64,000 nucleotides of DNA from Pseudomonadales bacterium (GTDB lineage Bacteria > Pseudomonadota > Gammaproteobacteria > Pseudomonadales > Ketobacteraceae): assembly GCA_022361455.1 (NCBI GenBank), contig JAKSAW010000593.1:1260-65259 (forward strand). Direction: 5' to 3'. Both the position numbers and the translations under genes were made by a program. A model generated the notes under the pieces. It was not told the origin of the DNA, ran no database searches, and worked only from the letters and a program-made list of their open reading frames with translations. Positions 7,301 to 14,982 of the stretch are shown here, piece after piece; the stretch's first letter is position 1; each line of letters starts with the position of its first letter.

Positions 7301-10288
7301 TTACTTTTTCTTTTTACCCTTGTCTTTCCCCTTTTTACCTTTGTCCTTGGACTTAGACTTGGATTTTGATTTGTCCTTGTCCTTACCTTTGTCCTTGCCC
7401 TTGGATTTATCCTTACCTTTGTCTTTTCCTTTATCTTTACCTTTCCCTTTGCCACCGCCTTTGCCGCCTTCTTCAGGAACAAAGGAAGTGATCACGATAC
7501 CGCCGTGACGATCTCCAACTTCTAAAGGAGCGGAACAAGAGGTGTGGAAATTGATGTGCTGTAATACACCGGAAGCGTTTTCGATATATACGTTGGTTTC
7601 AGAATCGAGCTTCGATTTACCAAGCATGGCAGCATCAAGAATAACAGCATCATTGATATTCACGACTTCAGATAGATAAAGGTTACCTTTCTTGTCTTCG
7701 ATAGTCAGAGTAACTGGGCTCGCGCCAGATGAATCACCAGAACAAGACGCTTTTGAGCCTTGATCATTGTCGGAGTCTGAACACGAACCGCCAACATAAG
7801 TAATACCTAATACAGCAGGCTTACCATCTTCACAGCTCAATTGAGGTGCTGGCTCAAGATCCACAGCAACTGAATCCTCTGCCGGACAAATTACACCGCT
7901 ATCGGTAGTGGCATTGGCGCTAACAGTTACTTCGCTGATAGTGTTGGCGTTAACCAGGATTGGGTCGCTGGTAATTGTTATAGACTCACCAGCAGCTAAC
8001 GTAGAATCGCTTGTTAGCATTTCACCAAGCTCACTATCTAGAACGCTAGTAACTAATACTGGAATCCCACCTGTATTTTCTACTAAGTAAGAGTAAGCAA
8101 CCTCTCCGCCACCATAAGGAAGTGTACAAGCATCAGCACTCTCACTTAATGCAGTTTCTTCAGCGATAACGATATCGTCTTTCTGACGAAAACTAACCAC
8201 ATCCCAGTTAGGCGAAGGATCACCTTTGTCGCTATTAGCAGGGTTTGGCGTATCGCCATCAAGTGGAGCAGCTTCACCCGCAACATAGATAGCTGAACAA
8301 CTAGTGTGAATAATTTCTTCTACACCGTTGATAGTGATAGTAGTGCGCGAACCAAGTTTCTCACCTACACCAGCATCGATAGTGTAATTGTTTTCACTTG
8401 GCTTAGTTAGAATGGTTACACCACTTAAAAGATCTACATTAGTGTACTCAACTTCACCACCGTCTTTACCAGTAAAGGTAACGGTCGCGTCGCTCACGCT
8501 TGGACCAGTGTAACGTAGCGTGGTTGCAGAGATTGAAGATGTGCATAATTTGTCATCACTTGCTTGCTGAACTACTTGGCAAGTTTGATCAACAGTAACA
8601 GCGCACTCTAGAGGCATTTCGCAATTAACGTAGGCAGGATCTTCGCTAGTTACGTGCTTATTAGTTAAAGCACCAGAAGCGTTTACTTCAGCCACGTTCA
8701 TAATAGTGCCTTCGGAACTACACTGACCTTCTGCATATAAAGCTTCGAAACCAGCATCGCCTTCAGTGATTACCACTTCAGATCCAACGGGTAAATCAGC
8801 AATAAACTCGCCAATGATATTTAATTGTACGTCAGTGATTGCAACGCTAGTTAAGTCTTCATCACCAATATTACGAACAACTAAACGGTAAACAGCACTT
8901 CGTGACGCCAGATCGGAGTTCAGCTGAGCTGTTGGACCGGTTGCGGCCGTGTCAGCGTCAACGAAATCTGAACCATCATCAAATTTAACTTGTTTCACAA
9001 TCTCAATGGCAGGACCAACAATACATCTTACGTTTGCTGGATTTGCGTCGCTTACCGTTTCATTAGAAATGACACCCACAGCATTGACGCTTGCCACATT
9101 AGATTTGTTTCCAGGAGTTCCTTGGCAAACATCTTCTTGATAAAGGTTACCAAAACCAGTCTCGCCAGATTCAATTACTTGGGACACACCGGGAGCTAAA
9201 TCAGCGATAGTGGCGTTAATTCCAATAGTTGCATCTTCAACTGTAACGTTGGAAAGTGTTTCAGAACCGATGTTAGTTACCACTAGTCTATAGTATGCAT
9301 TGGCTTCCCCAAGAATACCCACGGGAACATCTGCGGCATCTGCTGTGTCGGCATCAAAATAGTTAACGCCATCTAAACTTACTTGCTTACGTAGCTCGAT
9401 TTGTGGTTCTTCACAAACAACATAAGCAGACTCTTCGCTAGTAACAGATGTGCCAGTGCCAACACCTGTACCAATAACAGAAGCAGTATTTAAATGAGCG
9501 CCGCGAGAGCTACATGCATCTGGATCGCTAAGTAATGCAAATCCAGTGCTGCCAGAGTCAAGCACAACCGATTCACCTGGCTCCAGGGGATTAACTGTTA
9601 ATGCTACATTTTCTAAGCCTAACACTGCATCAGTAACTTCTACATCGAATAAAGCTTCAGTGCCGGTATTAGTTACGGTTAAACGATATTCAGCTGCAGA
9701 GCCTAAGCCACCACCAGGGGCAGTAGCCACGGTATCTGCATCCATAAATTCGCCACCGTTCAAACTTACTTCTTTAACAATTTGAATCGCGGGCTCACCA
9801 GTTTCTTGACAGGCGTCTCCGCTAACCAACCAATCGACCTTTGCAACATAAGGGTGGGTTAGCCAAGGATTAGCGAATTCATCTTCTGGAGCTATTGGAT
9901 AGCCAAAAACCGCGGGTTGAGTAGTTGGTAGGATAAAATTTGGGAATGCTGGTAACGGCTCACCATCTACAGTAATTATATAAGTTAGATCCGTTTCTTT
10001 GATTAGGTGAATCAGATATTCACCACCGTCTCCAGTAATTTGCGTAAACGGCAAGTTTGGCTCGGGACAAGTAACAGGATTAGGCCCTTCTCCACCTCCA
10101 TCTAGAGTGGCACCAAGGCATTGCACAGTCACCTCAACATCAGGTAATGGAACATCCTGAGTTAACTCTAGATGACCATTGCCGTTGATATCACAATAAA
10201 CGTATCCCTCGACCCAAGTAGCCAACGCACTATTAGCTGATAAACCAAACAAAGCGGCCACGCCAACGCGTTTAAAAAAAGTATTCAT
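7301..10288 (-). CDS. secreted multi-domain surface protein (SdrD-B-like N-domain, DUF11-type repeats, two Cys-framed HTSCS domains, polycationic tail)
   Basis: 995 aa. Sec signal with cleavage site SALA-TW. YCDINGNG is a Cna-B/SdrD-like start. There are three ~125-aa tandem repeats with the DUF11 signature (Y-R-L-x-V-x-N-x-G...L.NV.V.D) plus a fourth, more divergent one at aa ~715-810. The C-terminus is 55 residues of K/G/D/S only. Confidence 0.85.
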   Translation of the reverse strand: MNTFFKRVGVAALFGLSANSALATWVEGYVYCDINGNGHLELTQDVPLPDVEVTVQCLGATLDGGGEGPNPVTCPEPNLPFTQITGDGGEYLIHLIKETDLTYIITVDGEPLPAFPNFILPTTQPAVFGYPIAPEDEFANPWLTHPYVAKVDWLVSGDACQETGEPAIQIVKEVSLNGGEFMDADTVATAPGGGLGSAAEYRLTVTNTGTEALFDVEVTDAVLGLENVALTVNPLEPGESVVLDSGSTGFALLSDPDACSSRGAHLNTASVIGTGVGTGTSVTSEESAYVVCEEPQIELRKQVSLDGVNYFDADTADAADVPVGILGEANAYYRLVVTNIGSETLSNVTVEDATIGINATIADLAPGVSQVIESGETGFGNLYQEDVCQGTPGNKSNVASVNAVGVISNETVSDANPANVRCIVGPAIEIVKQVKFDDGSDFVDADTAATGPTAQLNSDLASRSAVYRLVVRNIGDEDLTSVAITDVQLNIIGEFIADLPVGSEVVITEGDAGFEALYAEGQCSSEGTIMNVAEVNASGALTNKHVTSEDPAYVNCEMPLECAVTVDQTCQVVQQASDDKLCTSSISATTLRYTGPSVSDATVTFTGKDGGEVEYTNVDLLSGVTILTKPSENNYTIDAGVGEKLGSRTTITINGVEEIIHTSCSAIYVAGEAAPLDGDTPNPANSDKGDPSPNWDVVSFRQKDDIVIAEETALSESADACTLPYGGGEVAYSYLVENTGGIPVLVTSVLDSELGEMLTSDSTLAAGESITITSDPILVNANTISEVTVSANATTDSGVICPAEDSVAVDLEPAPQLSCEDGKPAVLGITYVGGSCSDSDNDQGSKASCSGDSSGASPVTLTIEDKKGNLYLSEVVNINDAVILDAAMLGKSKLDSETNVYIENASGVLQHINFHTSCSAPLEVGDRHGGIVITSFVPEEGGKGGGKGKGKDKGKDKGKDKSKGKDKGKDKDKSKSKSKSKDKGKKGKDKGKKKK
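7304..7468 (-). repeat. low-complexity coding repeat (KGKD/KSKS tail), imperfect short tandem repeats at DNA level
   Basis: It encodes GGKGGGKGKGKDKGKDKGKDKSKGKDKGKDKDKSKSKSKSKDKGKKGKDKGKKKK-stop. The DNA is reiterated ctt-tgt-cct-tac/ctt-tac-ctt-tgt units. It generates spurious ORFs in other frames (7257..7508 +, 7297..7482 -). Confidence 0.85.
8621..9793 (-). repeat. three tandem DUF11-like domain repeats inside the 995-aa gene (aa 166-292, 295-422, 426-556)
   Basis: Repeat starts are PAIQIVKEVSLNGGEFMDADT / PQIELRKQVSLDGVNYFDADT / PAIEIVKQVKFDDGSDFVDADT. Each continues to a YRLxVxNxG core and ends with AYVxCE or ANVRC. Confidence 0.8.
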
Positions 10289-10470
10289 GAGAACCCCAAC
10301 GAAGTAAAAATTTTATACAGTTCGCAAAACGCGAACAATTTCGTTTATAGCAGGGCTATTTAATGATATTTAATTATAAGGCGATTGAACGTTCTTATGA
10401 TTGACTGTGCTACTTGGCTACAACTCTGTAACCAAAGCAACGTTATGTTTCTTTTTGTAAAAACAGCAAC

Positions 10471-11649
10471 TTATTTCTTTTTAGCGTCACATACTTGATC
10501 TATCAGCGACAGGACACGTTGCGACACTTCATCGTAGCTTTCAATATTAAACATAGGCACCATGGTTTGTTTCCTTTCAAATAGAGCATGCTGTAATGCT
10601 TTAGCTATTTTTGATACATCACGGGGCTTCATCAAATTATCCCCTTCTGCTGACAGCACCTCGGAAATACCACCCACATCCGTGGCTACTACAGAAATAC
10701 CGGTGGCAAAAGCCTCCAAGATAACATTCGGCATTCCTTCAGCATGGCTAGGGAGACATAAACAATCGGAAGCGTTCATCCAATCATTGAGCTTCGAGTG
10801 TGGCATCTCACCGACAAGCTTAACGTGCGCTGCTAGTTTCCGATCCTTAATGATCTGTTCGACTTCAGCAAGATCCTCACCCTTGCCAATAACCACTAGC
10901 TCAAAATTACTGCGCTGTTCCTTCAAAATAGCGATGGCTTGTAGTAAATCAGTAATCCCCTTTGCCACCTTAAGATTACCGACATAGATAATTCGTTTTA
11001 CATCTTTTTTTAGCCCAAGCTTCTCAATGCAAGCTGACTTATTGGTAGGAAAAAACTTAGACTTATCAACACCAGAATAAATTACATGTATTTTATCTTC
11101 AGGAATCCCTGCCTCAACGATCACATTTTTTAGCGCCAGACTAGGAGATACAATCGCTGAAGCATATGCAAACATTTCTAGGATTTTCTCTCTCATATCT
11201 CGCCGAGATAGCAATACATTAACGTCGCTACCATGAACTCTCATAATAAGAGGCAGATTGTTTTTCCGTGCTAGAAGCATGGATGCATAGGCATCTGGAT
11301 AAGCCCAAGATGAGTAAATCAGCTCAGGATTTCGCGGATTCATCCGTTTGAAGCTGGGCCCGAATGACAAATAGTAAAGCAAACCGTTAATAAGATGCCC
11401 GACCAGCGGAATGGAGAAATATATGGGGTGGGCAACGGGTATTCCCTTCCAGTTCAAAGTTCGATTAAACGCGGGTAACTCTTTACCTTGTTTTTTAGCT
11501 CGTAACACTTCGGTCCATGGCAATGGACAAATTACGTTTAAATCAATTTGATCATTTAAATGAAAAAACAGTTGATCGTTATAGGGCGCTCTATTCGGAT
11601 GAAGAACGCTATTAAAAAAAGATGTAATGAGTGTTACTTTGTGCTTCAT
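10471..11649 (-). CDS. glycosyltransferase family 4 (GT-B fold)
   Basis: 392 aa. The C-terminal half has the GT4 EX7E-type region (LPSHAEGMPNVILEAFATGISVVATDVGGISEV). It lies 11 nt downstream of the preceding GT4 gene, so likely one operon. Confidence 0.8.
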   Translation of the reverse strand: MKHKVTLITSFFNSVLHPNRAPYNDQLFFHLNDQIDLNVICPLPWTEVLRAKKQGKELPAFNRTLNWKGIPVAHPIYFSIPLVGHLINGLLYYLSFGPSFKRMNPRNPELIYSSWAYPDAYASMLLARKNNLPLIMRVHGSDVNVLLSRRDMREKILEMFAYASAIVSPSLALKNVIVEAGIPEDKIHVIYSGVDKSKFFPTNKSACIEKLGLKKDVKRIIYVGNLKVAKGITDLLQAIAILKEQRSNFELVVIGKGEDLAEVEQIIKDRKLAAHVKLVGEMPHSKLNDWMNASDCLCLPSHAEGMPNVILEAFATGISVVATDVGGISEVLSAEGDNLMKPRDVSKIAKALQHALFERKQTMVPMFNIESYDEVSQRVLSLIDQVCDAKKK

Positions 11650-11660
11650 TAAGTGTACTT

Positions 11661-12767
11661 CTACTTTAAGTGTTTTATATAGAGCGCTTGGTATTGCTCT
11701 ACCATTGCGCGTACGCTATAACGCTCCATTACTGTCTTACGTGCATTATCTGCAAACACATTCCTTGTCTCTTTAGATTCGACTAACTCTTTAATCGCTT
11801 CAATCAGGGCATTTTCGTCACTCTCTGGGACTAGCAACCCATTCTTTTGATCATCTATCACTTCCACATTGCCACCAACAGATGTTGCAATCACAGCCCG
11901 TTGTGTGGACATAGCCTCTAACAAAGAAATCGATAAACCTTCTGTATGAGTGGCCAATACATAGATATCCATCAACCTCAGCAAATCAAGAACATCTGAT
12001 CTTGCACCAGTAAAAATGACCTTTGATGCAATATCTAGGTCGCTAGCGAGATCTTTACAACGTTGCTTTGTTTCACCATCACCAACAAGCAATAACACCA
12101 AGTCTGGTTCACCATCAGCTACACCTTTAAAGGCTCTTATTAGGGTCTCTTGGTCTTTATCCACGCTAAATCGTGCTACTGAACCAATCACCATCTTTTC
12201 TTTTAAAGCTAATTCTTCTAGCAACTTATTAGTAGGTTGCTCGTCATAAAAAACATCGGTATCAACGCCGTTTGAGACCACACTTAATTTAGCACTTGGT
12301 ATGCCAATTAACTTTCTTTGCAGAGCGGCATCCTCTGAAACACATACAATAGATTTCGACAATTTACTCGCGAACTTCTCGATCATCGCGCCCTTTTTAT
12401 AGCGTATAAAACCTCGCCCATGCACCGAATGCACTAATGATCGGATACCACATATCTTTGCAGCCAGACTTCCCCATAAATGAGGAGCTGGGTTGTTAGT
12501 ATGTACCACTTTAATTTTGTGTCTTTTAAGGTATCTAACGATCTCCAGTAATCCTTTAAGACCAACGCCATTCTTCGCATCTAGGCAGTAAAGATCCCTG
12601 ACTTCTTTGTTAAGATTCTTCGCTAATGGTCCCTGTTCTTGAAGACATATGACGTAATTTTCAAACTGATCTGTATCGATATTGTTGATCAGGTCTACGC
12701 CCACTTTTTCCATTCCCCCGATATTTAGGGTGAGGAAAATATGAGCAACACGAATTTTCTGCGACAC
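11661..12767 (-). CDS. glycosyltransferase family 4 (GT-B fold)
   Basis: 368 aa with a GTG start. N-terminal GGMEKV glycine loop. C-terminal ATHTEGLSISLLEAMSTQRAVIATSVGGNVEVI. Confidence 0.8.
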   Translation of the reverse strand: MSQKIRVAHIFLTLNIGGMEKVGVDLINNIDTDQFENYVICLQEQGPLAKNLNKEVRDLYCLDAKNGVGLKGLLEIVRYLKRHKIKVVHTNNPAPHLWGSLAAKICGIRSLVHSVHGRGFIRYKKGAMIEKFASKLSKSIVCVSEDAALQRKLIGIPSAKLSVVSNGVDTDVFYDEQPTNKLLEELALKEKMVIGSVARFSVDKDQETLIRAFKGVADGEPDLVLLLVGDGETKQRCKDLASDLDIASKVIFTGARSDVLDLLRLMDIYVLATHTEGLSISLLEAMSTQRAVIATSVGGNVEVIDDQKNGLLVPESDENALIEAIKELVESKETRNVFADNARKTVMERYSVRAMVEQYQALYIKHLK

Positions 12768-13122
12768 ACCGTTCTCTCTATTGATATTTAAACAATGGTT
12801 AACGAAGATCTTTCTACAGTTATCTGAAGTGTGCTTGCGTTAATAGCGGCCACATGAGCAGCCTATTCGGGCTAGTCACCTTTAAGACACCGTTTTCAGT
12901 TTAGATCAAACGTGTGAAAAGCTGAGTATTACAGTCAAAAGGCATTTCCAGCCACACCTGATCAATAAACACACAACATCAAATAAACCACTGTTTTTCG
13001 TAGGTTTTTGTTCATCAAAGAGAATAACATAAGCGCATTCTAATTTATGTGGAGGGGTTTGTATCTAGATCAAGGAAAGTTGCGATTTATTTGCACATTT
13101 GAATAGTTATTGGAGCGGAGTC

Positions 13123-13146
13123 AAAAAAGTGGGTCCACGTGGACCC
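13123..13146 (-). terminator. perfect 16-bp palindrome GGGTCCACGTGGACCC followed on the minus strand by ACTTTTTTGA (orphan intrinsic terminator or operator)
   Basis: Seen directly in the sequence. It lies about 217 nt downstream of the stop of the 13363 gene, inside a 595-bp non-coding gap. Coordinates are +/- 2 nt. Confidence 0.4.
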
Positions 13147-13362
13147 ATAAGTTGCCGTTACTAAACCTTTATAAAATAAGGTGTCAGAACTCAGTGCCTT
13201 ACCAAGCACCTAGATGCTCATGACCTATATGAGTGAGCAAGAGAATGGGGATATTCTCAGTAACCACTCTTCAGGGATGGTCATGTGCTACGTTCTGGAA
13301 TTCATAATAGGGTCAATTCAAGATAGTGACTTGAATGAACATATTATTTTTAAAGTGAAACG

Positions 13363-14097
13363 CTAATTTTTTGCCAAACGAGATATCGCCAAGTAACTTT
13401 CTTCACGAGCTTGAGATAGTAAAGGAGATCGACGACTACTGACTGGTTGGTAGTTAATATAGGTAACAACTTGACGATATAGAGCGATAGCTTTTTTTGC
13501 ATCCCCTTGCTGCTCGAATATCTGGGCTCGCTTTAATAACCAGCTTGGTTTTTTCTGCTCGTCTTCTGAAAGGCTATTTATCCAATAATGTGCACGAAGT
13601 TGTTTCTTGGCTAATAAATTAGCATCGACAATCAGCATCATTAACTCTTCATGATAACCCAGCGTTTCTATTCCTTGATTTAATCCCACCTCTATTGATG
13701 ATAGAGGCAAAGGAGACAGTTTCATTAACTGATTGGCTCGGTCTAAGTAGTCTTGAGTGTCAACTTTAGGTGTGAATGAAAACGCATCTTGATAATACGC
13801 GATAGCTTCTTTGGCATTATTATTTTTCACGTTCAACTGAGCTAGTAAGGTTAGTGCCTTATAGTCTTGGGGATTAGCCGCAATCATTGTCCTAAGTGTG
13901 GTTTCTACATTAGCAGTCCTATTTTCTTTAATCTGAGTCCGAATCGCGTCATATCTGTTTGTTTCAAAAGCCTCATATCCAGAAGCATTTCCCCGATTGT
14001 TAACCACACTTGACTCTCCGTCAACGATATTGTCGGCGGATACATTTACAGAAACAAACAAACAGACCAAGGCCAAACGAAGCTTATTTTTGTTCAT
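13363..14097 (-). CDS. secreted TPR-like repeat protein
   Basis: The track ORF extends to 14130. I prefer Met12 (MNKNKLRLALVCLFVSVNVSA-DN) because it gives a canonical Sec signal. The protein is helical-repeat-like (ALTLLAQLNVKNNNAKEAIAYYQDAF; AQIFEQQGDAKKAIALYRQVV). Confidence 0.6.
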   Translation of the reverse strand: MNKNKLRLALVCLFVSVNVSADNIVDGESSVVNNRGNASGYEAFETNRYDAIRTQIKENRTANVETTLRTMIAANPQDYKALTLLAQLNVKNNNAKEAIAYYQDAFSFTPKVDTQDYLDRANQLMKLSPLPLSSIEVGLNQGIETLGYHEELMMLIVDANLLAKKQLRAHYWINSLSEDEQKKPSWLLKRAQIFEQQGDAKKAIALYRQVVTYINYQPVSSRRSPLLSQAREESYLAISRLAKN

Positions 14098-14359
14098 GAT
14101 TTTTCTCAGTTTAATTCTAAAAAACAACATTAAGACTAAATGCTATTTAAAAATGTATTGAAGCTAAGTGTATATATAGGTGGTATTACCGAATTGAACA
14201 AATTGATGATCAGACCTCAATTTTACATAACTCAACGATGTAATTACTTATCCATTACTTTCTGTTAAAACAGTAACTTGGTTAACACTGTATTCATGAA
14301 TAAGCCACTAGAAACACTAATGCAAGTTGATATAAGCGAATTTAACAGGGCAATTAAAC

Positions 14360-14390
14360 CTGAAGCGATTAGTTAATCTAATCGCTTCAG
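14360..14390 (-). terminator. 13-bp perfect hairpin whose loop contains the stop codon of the 98-aa gene
   Basis: CTGAAGCGATTAG-ttaat-CTAATCGCTTCAG. The TAA (14373-14375) is in the loop and the last four codons form one arm. It is followed on the minus strand by GTTTAATT. Confidence 0.5.
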
Positions 14391-14669
14391 AGCGGAGAGT
14401 GACTGACGAGTTGCAATAAGTACTGCTCGCTTTTGACGTGTTTCTAAAGGCTTATTCTTACTCAGCTCTAATACCCTGGTGTATAAAGCTTTGGCTTCCA
14501 ACAAATGCCCCTCTTCTTCGAACAGTTGCGCTTTCTTTACCAACCTTCTAACACTCTGTATGTCAGAATCTACGCATTGCAAGGCATACTGGCTAGAATC
14601 GCTCGCGGAGACAAGCTGGATAGCGAAAACACCCATCAAAGCGACAAGAACCAGCACTATCCGAGGCAT
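14373..14669 (-). CDS. small secreted protein, paralogous to the C-terminal module of the 13363 TPR-like protein
   Basis: 98 aa. Signal peptide MPRIVLVLVALMGVFAIQLVSA-SD. KKAQLFEEEGHLLEAKALYTRVLEL...RQSLSALKRLD aligns by eye with KRAQIFEQQGDAKKAIALYRQVVTY...REESYLAISRLAKN. Confidence 0.55.
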   Translation of the reverse strand: MPRIVLVLVALMGVFAIQLVSASDSSQYALQCVDSDIQSVRRLVKKAQLFEEEGHLLEAKALYTRVLELSKNKPLETRQKRAVLIATRQSLSALKRLD

Positions 14670-14982
14670 ATAGATCCTATTTAAAAGTAGGTAGCAGCAA
14701 AAACTTCAGCTTAAAGCAGCCCAGTAGACATTGTATTGAATTAAGTGATGATTTAGCAGATCCCCACCTGCTACAGTCAGATACGTTTATTCACATTAAC
14801 TTACACGGCGAATAAAAAATATTGCAAAAAAAGCGCCTCTCCTTAAGTTTTATCTTCAAGTGTTAATCACTATATGGCCTTCAATTACAAAAGTGTGAAG
14901 ACTCCTTCAAGCTCCTAAGTGCACTTTCAGGATATAATCCAGCAATCGAAACAGCGTGACTAACATTCTTAAGCGAGACACC

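Noticed and set aside
7257-7508. 83-aa (+) and 61-aa (-, 7297..7482) ORFs over the end of the surface-protein gene
   Set aside because: They are alternative-frame readings of the KGKD coding repeat (LPLSLDLDLD..., KVKIKEKTKV...). They are artefacts of the repetitive DNA, and the 995-aa frame is continuous with upstream domains.
10320-10336. GTTCGC-aaaac-GCGAAC hairpin between the GT4 gene and the surface-protein gene, as a terminator
   Set aside because: The stem is only 6 bp and is not followed directly by a U-run on the minus strand (TGTATAAAATTTTTAC). This is too weak to call. The GT4 genes and the 995-aa gene may or may not be co-transcribed.
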